Source of the DNA: Macrostomum lignano
Lineage: Eukaryota
DNA: 64,000 nt
Direction of reading: 5' to 3'
Assembly (NCBI GenBank): GCA_002269645.1
Contig: NIVC01000075.1
Span: forward strand, 1 to 64,000
The notes under the pieces were generated by a model. It made no database searches, was not told where the DNA came from, and worked only from the letters and a program-made list of their open reading frames with translations. Position numbers and translations under genes: made by a program. Shown here piece by piece: positions 39,887 to 51,589 of the stretch (position 1 is its first letter; each line of letters begins with the position of its first letter).

Positions 39887-40487
39887 TCAAAGCTCGGTCT
39901 TCGTATTCTTGTCCTCCTCTGCCTCTTCTTCCGGCGGATCGGGAGTGCCGTTGAATCCGTAGCCTCTCAGCAGATCCTTGATCTCGTCGGAAGACTTGTC
40001 CAGCACATCAATCCGGTGCGCGTACTTCTTCTCCTGGGTGAATATGTAAAGCGTTGGCTTGGCGTCCTGCCCGTTCTTCCAGTAGACGTTTGGCCAGTAT
40101 TCTTCCTGCAGGATCGACTTGACAAATTCTTTAATGTTAGTCAGGTTGGAGCCGCACTGCAGGTGGGCGTGCAGCATAGCATAGGACGGCCGCATGTCGT
40201 CGTCCTTTCTGGTGCGATTCCATTCTACATTGTCCCTGATGATAACCTCCTTGAATCGAGTTTCATTGTACTTGGGCCGTTTGGCCTTCTGGGCCGATTG
40301 CGAGTCGCCTTCATTGGACGCAGCGGTGATCACGGAGGCCAGGTAGAGAATGCAGCAGATCGCAGCGACGGCAGCGACGCTCCTGGTCCTGAGAGTTGCC
40401 TGCACATAAATAAATCGAATTGGTAAATTTTGTGCACTCATATTAGAAAATGAACGTATTTCAAAACAGAATAATGAAACTCACCAT
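39887..40487 (-). CDS. Sep15/SelM-family thioredoxin-like ER protein, non-selenoprotein (171 aa; first coding exon is ATG only)
   Basis: ATG|GTGAGT at 40487-40485, an 85-bp intron, then acceptor GTGCAG| at 40400. Exon 2 (40399-39887) gives a signal peptide (SVAAVAAICCILYLASVITAA), LQCGSNLTNIKEF...KPTLYIF...RIDVLDKSSDEIKDLLRGYGF, an acidic tail and C-terminal KTEL (KDEL-like). Confidence 0.75.
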
Positions 40488-41546
40488 TGAACCGTTTTGT
40501 TACTCTGCGTACGTGAGAAAACCGACAATAAAAGTAGCAAGGCAATGATTTCAATAGGAGTTGGCATTTAAGTAGATCTCAACAAGAAGCCCGAGCTCCG
40601 CGCGTCCGCCAATGAGAAGCTGACAGAAAAGGATGACCAAGTCTGACTGAGCACAGTCCACGTCAGTTCCGGTCCACGTTGCATTCCCAACCACTTTTTT
40701 CTTCTCGAATTGGCCTGCAAGCTCGTAAAAAATAAACTGAAATTTGTTAGAATTTCCTGTCTAAAATGGCAGTGTTGAATTCAAAAGCTTAGATCGATTT
40801 TTCTTATAAAATCGTTTTCAAGGGGAAGTATGCAGCCAGGGTGCTTTAAAATTAGCGATCTAGACTACATGGAATTGGAACTGACACAGTAAGCCAAATA
40901 TAATTTACTAACAAGGCTCGCAGAAACTATTTCAATAACACTATATAGAGGTGGGACACCTGGCTTTTTGGCCTCCCTATCTTTTAAAGCGTGAAAATAT
41001 GGAAGCTACAGTCAGTTTCCTTTCCAGAAACTTTATCTAGAACTGTATGATTCTTCAGTCAACAACCTTACTATATGTGGGGCAATAAATTGTTATGGCA
41101 GCTAAGCTGCTAACTTAAATAGTTGATGCATTTTATCGATTTGCATGTAATAAAAAAAAAAAATTGGAAAAGGAAACCCGGTACGATTAATTGATTAAGA
41201 AAACACTACCGTGTTATTAGATACTCGTATTCACTCTGTTTAGTATTACACGCCATTCTATCTGATGTTGTATATTTAGTATCTGTATAATATAGGCCCA
41301 ACATTTCTATGGCATCAAACGCTGAAAATAGGGTGTGGCCAAACAGTCTGCAACTTGTAAATACTCGTACAAGTACATACTGTAGATATTAAAGATATAA
41401 ATTATAAGGAACTAATTTAGAGCCAATATTTCATTGCAAAGACGTTAACGTCTTTTTTAGGTTTGCATGCGCTTGAAAGATAAGAGTGCTATGTAGAAAA
41501 TAAAAGGGCGTTTGAGTGGGAGGATGCTGGAAAGTTTGTAGGATGC

Positions 41547-41875
41547 TGTTGAGTTCGGAGGGTGCTGTTGAGTGTTTGAGTTTGGAGGGTGCTGTTGAGT
41601 GTTTGAGTTCGGAGGGCGCTGTTGAGTTTGGAGGGCGCTGTTGAGTTCGGAGGGTGCTGTTGAGTTCGGAGGGTGCTGCTTCTGAGTTCGGAGGGTGCTG
41701 CTTCTGAGTTCGGAGGGTGCTGTTGAGTGTTTGAGTTTGGAGGGCGCTGTTGAGTTCGGAGGGTGCTGCTTCTGAGTTCCGAGGGCGCTGTTCAGTGTTT
41801 GAGTTCGGAGGGCGCTGTTGAGTTCGGAGGGCGCTGTTGAGTTCGGAGGGTGCTGTTGAGTTCGGAGGGTGCTGA
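41547..41875. repeat. 19-bp minisatellite GAGTTCGGAGGGTGCTGTT with 9-bp insert variants
   Basis: Period of 19 (41642 to 41661). Confidence 0.9.
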
Positions 41876-43264
41876 TTAAAGCAGAGAACTGATTATGAGG
41901 TTTGGAGGCAGCTAGATAAACTGAAGACACGACATACATGACTATAGAAAGTTATTAATAAAGAATTTGAGCAAAAATTACCAAAACCAGCTTTTAGGAG
42001 TCAGTTTCGTTCGCAGAATTTCGACATCATTCTGATAGCACAGATTATAATGTAGTGCGGATATTAAATCCAATCCCATTTATTATTCACTGTGAAAAAG
42101 CAAAAATTAATTACAGCTTGAATTCAGGGTAGGAAACATCTACTCTTATATATTTAAATAAGGAAAATGACACAGTAGAATTAGGAAAGCAAATAATAAA
42201 CAAAAACGGTGCATAGACTAACTATATTTATAGAATAGTATATATTATTTTGACATTATACAGATACAAATATTTGAAGCAATGTAATATTTATCCCGAT
42301 GAAAACGGCACCTAGACCAAGAAGCGTCCCAGAGTGGTTTCAGAGTCGTTGCAGGTTGCACAGGTAAAATAGGAAAGAAGTGACTCTAGACGATTCTAAA
42401 CTGATGAGATGTCAAGGTACAAGTCGCCAAACAGTTTTCAACGGGTATGGTTTATACTCGTAGATGATCTAACTTATAAAATGAAGGATGATTAGAGATT
42501 CGATTTAAAAAACAAATCAATTATAATAAATTCAGAGTTCGGCACCTGAATATTTATGAAAAAAACATAAAAATGAAGATTAGTTGGTGCAGAATAATAA
42601 ATTACAATAGACTGAACCGAACAACAGGAAATAATAAAATTCTGAAAGTCGTAACTACGCTAGTATTGATTGCGGTGCACTATGTAACTGTAATTACAGC
42701 ATTATGATTGCTCTTTAATTTTTATAAAACCTGGGCGTGATTAATTTAGAGAAAAGAAGCGATTAAACCAGATTAGGAATTTCGGTTGAACGAAGCAAAC
42801 AATTTAGTAGCGAACATTACTCGGCTAATGGCAAAAGCGGGTAGCAAATTAACCCAAAAAATTTTAATGTGCATATTGCAACAACAAAATGAAAAGGGGG
42901 CCAATCAAGCATAGGTAAAACTTAACGAGCGTATCTGACATGTTCATTAAGGGAGAAACAGTCAACAGAGCAGACACACACTATCACAAACTAACAGAGT
43001 TGGAGCTATGCCCAATTATTGGCATGCTGAATAATTTACATACAATAGAAGAGCTCATGCATGCCGTACTACGTAGCACGGACAGTTAGCAAAACTGATT
43101 ACAAAAATAGAAAGAAAGAAATATTAGTTAACAAGAAGATGCAAAAATTCTGTTTCAAGAACATTTCATGGGCGTCATTTAAACTGAACATTTACTTAAC
43201 AACACTACACTTCAAAGATGTGGCCGTAAATAACCCGAATTAATAAACTATACCTTGTATAAAT

Positions 43265-43975
43265 TCAAGCCATTTTATAGCACGCCCACCTCACTCCTTT
43301 CAGGTTACCCATCTCAGCCTGGCTAGAACACCCACCTCACTCCTTTTAGGTTACCCATCTCAGCCTGGCTAGAACACCCACCTCACTCCTTTTAGGTTAC
43401 CCATCTCAGCCTGGCTAGAACACCCACCTCACTCCTTTTAGGTTACCCATCTCAGTCTGGCTAGAACACCCACCTCACTCCTTTTAGGTTACCCATCTCA
43501 GCCTGGCTAGAACACCCACCTCACTCCTTTCAGGTTAGCCATCTGAGTCTGGCTAGAACACCCACCTCACTCCTTTCAGGTTAGCCATCTGAGTCTGGCT
43601 AGAACACCCACCTCATTCCTTTCAGGTTAGCCATCTGAGTCTGGCTAGAACACCCACCTCACTCCTTTCAGGTTAGCCATCTGAGTCTGGATAGAACACC
43701 CACCTCATTCCTTTTTGATTACCCATCTCAGCTTGGCTAGAACACCCACCTCACTCCTTTTAGGTTACCCATCTCAGCCTGGCTAGAACACCCACCTCAT
43801 TCCTTTTTGATTACCCATCTCAGCCTGGCTAGAACACTCACCTCACTCCTTTTTGATTACCCATCTCAGTCTGGCTAGAACACTCACCTCATTCATTTTT
43901 GATTACCCATCTCAGTCTGGCTAGAACACCCACCCACTCCTTTTTGATTACCCATCTCAGTCTGGCTAGAACACA
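43265..43975. repeat. 46-bp minisatellite, about 15 copies, just 3' of ARIH2
   Basis: Unit ACACCCACCTCACTCCTTTTAGGTTACCCATCTCAGCCTGGCTAGA, period 46 (43325 to 43371). It decays into AGGACACCCA-type units up to about 44145. Confidence 0.95.
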
Positions 43976-44235
43976 CATCCCCACCCCATCTAAAACACCC
44001 AACTGACTCCGCCTAAGACACCCGTTTCACCCCACATAGGACACCTATCTCACCCCGACTAGGACACCCAAATACGAGTAAATCTGCATAGGACACCCAC
44101 CTAAATCTACATAGGACACTCACCTCTATCCACCTAGGATACCCATCTCACTCTGGGAATTTCCGATCTATTACGCATGAACAATTTGAACAAATTGAAA
44201 ACAACGCAAAGTAAAAAAGTCGTTGCGTGAATGAG

Positions 44236-47200
44236 TCAGTGAAACTCCTTAACAAGGAATTCGCGCATCTTCTCGCAGTGGAACATCTGGTTTTCAACCT
44301 GGCCCCGATGGGACCGATCCGACAGATCGGCCCGCTCGATAAGGAAGGACAGATCTTCGACAGCTTTCTCCAGCATAGCCTGTTGAACACAGAAATGGTT
44401 AGAGTCAAACGCCTTTGCCCTTAACACTACTGTTAGTAGTGTATATATTATGCTAAAAAATGCTACAAAAACTGTCTCCCAACAAGACTCTACGCGACTC
44501 ATTCAACTTTTTTAAAAAATTCAAACGACTCTTATACTAATCTAATACGTCCTTGTGCTATTGCTAGACATTCTACGTTTCCGTTCTCCATATTAAACTT
44601 TATTCTCTTCAATCGTCTTGCTATCAAGTGTAAAATTGATAAGCCAGGGTTTTTTAAGCATCACATATAATAATAATAATAACTGATTACACCTATAATG
44701 GGCAGATGTGCAACCGACAGCTCAGCCGCAGCTATTGCGCGGCGCATCTGAAGGCTGCGTACGGCTGTTCAGTCCAAGGACTGGGGGGGGGTCGCCTCAC
44801 AGCCTCAATTACCCCAGCTAATGCTGGCACCCATTTTACAGCTGGGTGAACTGAAGCAATGCAGAGTTAAGTGCCTTGCTCAAGGACCCAAATTGTCCCG
44901 AGTGGACCGAGAATCGAACCTCCGACTTTTCAGTCGTGAGTCCAACGCTCTAGCCACTAGGCATCGCAATTGTAGTGCCAAATTGAAAACCAGGATGCCA
45001 GCTAGTCAAACAATTCTGCAGACTCCATATTTACAGATTACTCAAATTTTAATTTGGCATTCTGGGTCCAACTTCAGGATGGCAACAAGTAAAGTTGAAA
45101 AGCATTGGCAACATGACTTCCATGGTACCTAGGCCAAAAAGGTCCCTTGCCTCGGCCCAAAGTCGTTTCAGTCGTTGCAGGTAACTCAGGAAACTCAGGT
45201 AAAATAGAAAAGAAGTGACTCTAGAAGACTCTAAAACTACGAGATGTCACGGTACAGGTCGCCATAAAGTCGTCAAAGAGTCACCTAAGAGTCACTTTAA
45301 AGCGTTTTATTGTCTGCGACTCTGAAACCACTCTAGTCACAAAGTTGTGCTTGAGGCGCATTTGCGTTGCTTGATGAAATTAGAGTCACATCCCCGGTGA
45401 AAGTTAAGCGCCAACACAGAGATTCTTGGACGAATCTACCGTGACTCTTTTACGATTCTGCGACTCTACGATTCAGCCTCTCTGTCGCATTTGACGCGTT
45501 TTGAGTCGTTACAGTCACAAGAGTCGCTAGAATCACAAGAGAGTTGCTTGCAGGCACTCCCCAGCTATTATTGTCTCGGTATCGTCTTTAATGGGCAGTA
45601 CAGAAAACGTTTAACTTAAACTCACCTGCTGATACTCAAACAGTTCCTTGCGCACGTGACCCTTAGGCAGAAAATAGGCGTACGGGTAGGTGTACTGCAG
45701 GGTGTAGCGGCACCGGCGCAGCATCTCAGCCGCCACAATCAGGTACTGCCAATCAATCCAGGTGCCCTCGCTCAGCATGACGCGCTCTTCAATTCGGTCG
45801 CGAATCTTTTTCAAAGCGTCGGCCTCCAATCGCAGAGACTTGCCGTGATTGTCCCAGCGGGTGAAATAGTGCAGATATTTGCGCAACGCCTCGCGAGCCT
45901 GGGCGCCTGCGGCGGCCTCACTAAGCATCGACGGATTCTCTTTGTACTTGCTGCACTCGTAGAAATCTTTGCCGTGCTGACGCCAGTCGCCGAGGCAAAC
46001 CCAGCAGAAATCGAATCTGCACTTGAAGCACTGCATATGATTGCAGCCGCCGTTCTTTTCGATGCAAACTCCGCATTTTGGACAGTCCTGGATTGGGAGG
46101 TTCGAGTGTTCGTTTTGGTGCTAACTAGGATGACAGCATTTACAGACTTTCAAAAACTGCGTTTCGACAGTATTCAAACTGGCTTTTGTGATCTGGTTAT
46201 CTGTCTGTCTGAAGTTGTCTGCTGTCGTCTGGACCTGCCAATCTTTTTTGTCTGGGCCTGTTTGTCTTTCATGTCTGGACCTGGTTGTTGGTATTTCCTT
46301 ACCTGTCTGTCTAAAGTTGCATTTTCTATTGTCTGGACCTGCTGTCTTCTATGTGTGGACTGTGTGGACTACCATAGAAGGTCTGTCTGTTATATCTGAA
46401 CCTGTCTTTTTTGTACATATCTAGCTGGCCAACTGAACCTATCTTGTCTGACCGCCTGTCTCTTTGTTTTAAGTATCTGTCTGACTGTCTGTAGTATCTT
46501 TCTTTCTGCAGTGTCTGCTGTTGCAGTCTGTCTGCTTTTGCAGTGTCTGTCTGCTATTGCAGTGTCTGTCTGCTTTTGCAGTGTCTGTCTGCTGTTGTAG
46601 TGTCTGTCTGCTATTGCAGTGTCTGTCTGCTGTTGCAGTGTCTGTCTGCTGTTGCAGTCTCTGTCTGCTGTTGTAGTGTCTGTCTGCTATTGCAGTGTCT
46701 GTCTGCTGTTGCAGTGTCTGTCTGCTGTTGCAGTCTCTGTCTGCTGTTGTAGTGTCTGTCTGCTGTTGTAGTGTCTGTCTGCTGTTGCAGTGTCTGTCTG
46801 CTGTTGCAGTGTCTGTCTGCTGTTGCAGTGTCTGTCTGCCGTTGCAGTGTCTGTCTGCCGTTGCAGTGTCTGTCTGCAGTGTCTGCTGTTGCAGTCTTTG
46901 TCTGCTGTTGTAGTGTCTGTCTGCTGTTGCAGTGTCTGTCTGCTGTTGCAGTGTCTGTCTGCTGTTGTAGTGTGTGTCTGCTATTGCAGTGTCTGTCTGC
47001 TGTTGCAGTGTCTGTCTGCTGTTGCAGTCTCTGTCTGCTGTTGTAGTGTCTGTCTGCTATTTCAGTGTCTGTCTGCTGTTGCAGTGTCTGTCTGCTGTTG
47101 TAGTGTCTGTCTGCTGTTGCAGTGTCTGTCTGCCGTTGCAGTGTCTGTCTGCAGTGTCTGCTGTTGCAGTGTCTGCTGTTGCAGTGTCTGCTGTTGCAGT

Positions 47201-49688
47201 GTCTGTCTGCTGTTGCAGTGTCTGTCTGCTGTTGCAGTGTCTGTCTGCTGTTGCAGTGTCTGTCTGCCGTTGCAGTGTCTGTCTGCAGTGTCTGCTGTTG
47301 CAGTGTCTGCTGTTGCAGTCTTTGTCTGCTGTTGTAGTGTCTGTCTGCTATTGCAGTGTCTGTCTGCTGTTGCAGTGTCTGTCTGCTGTTGCAGTGTCTG
47401 TCTGCTATTGCAGTGTCTGTCTGCTGTTGCAGTGTCTGTCTGCTGTTGCAGTGTCTGTCTGCTGTTGCAGTGTCTGTCTGCTATTGCAGTGTCTGTCTGC
47501 TGTTGCAGTGTCTGTCTGTCCGCCTGTCAGCAAGTCTCACCTTAGTATGCGCGCTTATATAATTAGCAGTCTCCGAATCGTCTCTGCACTTCAACAGCCA
47601 CCGTTTAATCAGAGCGCAATCAGTCGGAGCATGGTAATCCAAGCCGCAGGCGAAGCAGAACGCCGACTTGCACTGGGCGCACACAACCAGCCTGGCGTCC
47701 CGCTGTTTAGCCCTCAGCACGCCGGTGCAATCCGACCGAGTGCAGAAGGCCAGCTGAGGATGCGAACTAATCTGGGCTCGGAATGAAACCTCGTGAAATC
47801 TTCGCCTTACAGCCGGATCGGTCAGGCAGGCTAGAACTAGATCGTCAGTGGCCAGCAGTGCGCAGTCCCGCTCCATGCACTGTACATCGGCTTTGCTAGC
47901 CTGCAGCTGGGTGGCTACGTAGGCCTGCCAGCAGTCTGTGCAGAAAACGTGACCGCAGGCTAAGCCTTTGACTGTCACGTTTGGGCTGGTTGGTAGGCAG
48001 CAGATTTGGCAGGCTATTCCTGGCTGCATTACCTGCATTAAGAAGCGAATTTGGCATTTGGGTATGTAGCTGTTTACTAACGTAATTAATTCATTAATTT
48101 TACATCAAGACTATATAAAGCTGTCTATCACAGCATTAAGAGTAAGAGCCTGTCCTGTCTATGCCTTTTAAGCTTCTCTATTTACCATAATTATTACTGT
48201 CTACCATAGCCATATATATTTATAGTTACCAATAAGAATACCTACTATATCCACCTAGAGCAATACCTACTGTATCTACCAATAGCAATACCTTACTTTA
48301 TCTACCCATAGCAATACCTACTATATCTATCCATAGCAATACCTACTATATCTATCCATAGCAATACCTACTGTATCTACCCATAGCAATACCTACTTTT
48401 ATCTACCTATAGCAATACCTACTGTATCTACCTATAGCAATACCTACTGTATCTACCCATAGCAATACCTATTGTATCAACCCATAGCAATATCTACTGT
48501 ATATACCCATAGCAATACCTACTGTATCTACCCATAGCAATACCTACTGTATCTACCTATAGCAATACCTACTGTATCTACCCATAGCAATACCTACTGT
48601 ATCTACCCATAGCAATACCTACTGTATCTACCTATAGCAATACCTACTGTATCTACCCATAGCAATACCTACTGTATCTAACTATAGCAATACCTACTTT
48701 TATCTACCTATAGCAATACCTACTGTATCTACCCATAGCAATACCTACTGTATCTAACTATAGCAATACCTACTGTATCTACCCATAGCAATACCTACTG
48801 TATCTAACTATAGCAATACCTATTGTATCTACCCATAGCAATACCTACTGTATCTACCCATAGCAATACCTACTGTATCTACCTATAGCAATACCTACTG
48901 TATCTACCCATAGCAATACCTACTTTTATCTACCTATAGCAATACCTACTGTATCTACCATGCCATTCTTGATTTAATGATTTTCGTAAATGGCATCACG
49001 GCTAACGATTAGAAGGTCAGGGCCGCTGCAAATCCTGTGTAATTCTGCGTACAGTATTGACGGGCTTGTATGTGCTCAGAAGTCAGCAGAATGGGCAGAC
49101 CTGCTTCAGCGCTGGTGTTGCTGGACGAAGTCACCGAAAGCATTGCGCATCAGGGTGCACTACAGCCCCTGTAAATTTTTATGATTACACCCCCCAACGC
49201 GCACAATGTAATCGATATTAGTCTACCTGTGGCTTAGGCATCGGCGCCCCTAGCGGCGGACGCTGAGCACCGGACACGCAGGGATCTGGCGGCAAAATCC
49301 GCGCCTTCTGCATCACCGCGCGCCGATCCCGACGCCATTCGGTTTCCAAAGCGGCCAAATTCCAATTATAGGCAATTAATAATCGCCTGGCTGTGGCAGG
49401 ACGAAGCTCCAGAGCTGAGCAGGCGGCTTCAACGGCTTCGTTGAGCAGCTGCTCAACCTGCGGCACAGACAGAGTCTCATATTCCTGATGCTGAGGTTGC
49501 GAGCGACAGTCGGCGCTGGCTCCATCTAGCATATCCTCGTCCGTGTTGTCATAATAAGACGGATCAAAGTCCAGACTGTCCTCATCGTCGCCATTCGAGC
49601 TGGCGTCGTCCTCGTCGCTGCTGGCAATGCGAGCGGCGGCGGCGGCCGCAGCTTCGCGTTGTCTACTGTGAGACGCTTGATCAGACAT
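44236..49688 (-). CDS. ARIH2: Ariadne-2 / TRIAD1 RBR E3 ubiquitin ligase (4 exons, 519 aa)
   Basis: Exons 49688-49227, 48032-47541, 46087-45626 and 44379-44236 are all phase 0 with GT-AG sites. Acidic N-terminus; RING1 (CQIC...[10 protein letters not shown]...CMERDC); IBR (FCTRSDC...CAQC...FCFAC...HAPTDC); RING2 ([27 protein letters not shown]). The Ariadne domain ends [19 protein letters not shown]...GQVENQM...LVKEFH, which is ARIH2-like. Confidence 0.93.
44667..44966 (-). mobile_element. tRNA-derived CORE-type SINE (more complete copy), in ARIH2 intron 3
   Basis: The minus strand reads TGCCTAGTGG (A box), GGTTCGATTC (B box), CCTTGAGCAAGGCACTTAAC...TTCAGTTCACCCAGCTGTAAAATGGGT (MIR/CORE-like) and a (TTA)n tail. 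Confidence 0.88.
45165..45545. repeat. GACTC/GAGTC-rich dispersed repeat with an inverted segment; related copy at about 42330-42430
   Basis: 45170-45270 aligns with 42335-42430 (GTCGTTGCAGG...AAGAAGTGACTCTAGA...GAGATGTCA.GGTACA.GTCGCC). CGACTCTGAAACCACTCT (about 45317) is the reverse complement of AGAGTGGTTTCAGAGTCG (42331). Confidence 0.7.
46505..47518. repeat. 19-bp minisatellite GTGTCTGTCTGCTGTTGCA (about 1 kb), ARIH2 intron 2
   Basis: Period of 19; it produces the spurious [12 protein letters not shown] ORFs. Confidence 0.96.
48235..48960. repeat. 25-bp minisatellite ATAGCAATACCTACTGTATCTACCC, ARIH2 intron 1
   Basis: Period of 25 (48483 to 48508). Confidence 0.96.
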
Positions 49689-50174
49689 GCAATAAGTCCA
49701 TTGTTTTGTAAGCGATTTGAAACTGGGTTAAAACTATTCGTCAAATGCTGGTAAATTTTTAATGCTAGTTACTAGTAGAGTATTTGGCCCCATTTTACAG
49801 TCTCTGAGGACCGAAACAGGGTAGCGAAACCCAATCCAATATACTAAAAATGAAAATCTTGCTTGTTACAGTACAGTACATCAAACAAAGGAGAGACAGA
49901 CTCATGATAAATCCTCAAAATGATGTCCATTAGCTTGAAACAAAGTTTCAAGTCTTTAATTTTCAAGCTTAAAGTCAACAAACAGCTTACTATTTGAAGA
50001 AACTGATAGCATATACTGTATGTATGCCATTAATATAACAATATACATGTATGTTGGAATATTAATAAAACAAATTTAAAAAATGCTTTTATTCAACATT
50101 TATGCATGCCACCAAAAATGCAAGCCTAGGTTATAAAACAATATATCAGTCAGAAATCTTTAAAGTTACAATAT

Positions 50175-50345
50175 CTCAGATAGCAAGCATCCCACAGATA
50201 GCAAGCATCCCACAGATAGCAAGCATCCCCCAGATAGCAAGCATCCCCGAGATTGCAAGCACCCCCCAGATAGCAAGCATCCCCGAGATATCAAACAGCC
50301 CCCCCTCCCAGATAGCAAGCATCCCTAAATAGCAAGCATCCACCA
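50175..50345. repeat. 18-bp minisatellite CAGATAGCAAGCATCCC(A/C)
   Basis: Visible tandem units. Confidence 0.88.
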
Positions 50346-50790
50346 GAAAGCAAGTAGCTAATGCAACAATTTCCTCAGCTAATGCAATAATAGCTCTCAG
50401 GTAGTGCAATAATCTATGTATCAGCCAGTGCAATATGAGCTTGGCTAAAAGCTTGACAAGGGTGGCTATCCTTTTCAACCAGTGCAATAATCCATCTCAG
50501 CTAATGCAATAATTATTTTTTAAGCTAGTGCAATAATCCTTTTCTTAGCTAGTGCAATATTCCATATCTCAGCTAGTGCAAAAAATCCTTTTTAGCTATT
50601 TAATAATTATTTAATGAATCCTTTAGTAAAAGCTTTGGATAAAAAATTTAACTACAAAGATTTGAACCTAGGTTATTGCATTGGCAGTGCAGTCTGTTTA
50701 TATCCAGGTAGCTCTGGTTGATTTTATAAAATTAATTTTTAGCACTTTAATACTCATACTAAGTCAGTACAAATAAATAAAAAGCTTAGT

Positions 50791-51062
50791 GTGATACAAT
50801 CTATTTCAGAATCAGAATTCAATCAGTCAGTTTTTTTTAGCATTTTTACAATGCATTTCAAGTCAAAAGAGCTGTTTGACCTTTGCAAAAAGCATGTTTT
50901 TTATATTTAATCCCTACAGCATTGGGCAATTTCTTAGCCACAATGCATATATTGTCATAGGAAAATTTCTAATTGAATGGTGCAACTTTCAAGAAAACTG
51001 GTTAAACAGTTTTTTCTTCAAATTAGTTACACACATATACAAAGCATTTTTAGTATATGGAC
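50791..51062 (-). mobile_element. Old, CpG-depleted copy of a non-autonomous Helitron/Helentron-like element
   Basis: Its reverse complement aligns over about 270 bp with 60085-60385, including the terminal ATATACTAAAAATG. Confidence 0.7.
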
Positions 51063-51589
51063 TAGCCATTTAGACCCCCCGCTGGGGAGCCTTGAAAATG
51101 ACACCAATTGGTTTTCTTTGGCACAAGAGCAACCTTACTATAATAATTTTCCAAAAGGTTGATTTCCATTAATCAAAAATTACCTTTTCTCGTTTTGGCA
51201 AAAAAATTGCCATGAATCAGAACTTTCATTAGCAAAAAAAGTTTCCTTCATCAGCTCAAAACCCTTTCTCAATCAGCAAATAGTGCTTATCCTTTCAAGC
51301 ATAAACTCTTTGTGAATATCGTCACTGGCCGGGGCATATTCTGATTCGCAGCAGGAGCTCAATATGCAAATCTCTGACGGCATTTGACCCTCTCTCTTTA
51401 TTAGCCTAAATCAAAGAATCAAACCTTTAATAAATGCGCTGCTTGGATTTCCTATTAGCAGAAATCAGCATCACTTGTGTGTACTACTTCATTATCTGAA
51501 TTACATGAGCTACTTCAGCCGTACTACCTGACTATCTGACAATCGCCCAATAACCTAGTAACCCCCCCCCCAACAATTCAGCCATCGTC

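Noticed and set aside
40550-40714. About 54 open codons after an acceptor-like site upstream of the SelM-like gene
   Set aside because: No homology or linked exons; more simply read as 5' UTR or outron.
42401-42410. CTGATGAG as a hammerhead ribozyme core (also at about 17035)
   Set aside because: No matching GAAA and stem arrangement was found. The related copy at about 45235 lacks the core, and the 17-kb instance is coding sequence.
43265-43975. Regularly spaced repeats as a possible CRISPR array (also 19206-19970 and 24755-25300)
   Set aside because: Units are head-to-tail with no unique spacers, there are no cas genes, and the context is eukaryotic.
20738-49688. Co-oriented ARIH2, SelM-like, pseudokinase and Bmi1-like genes as an operon or functional cluster
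   Set aside because: They are separated by 4-8 kb of repeats, share no evident pathway, and trans-splicing cannot be judged from DNA alone.
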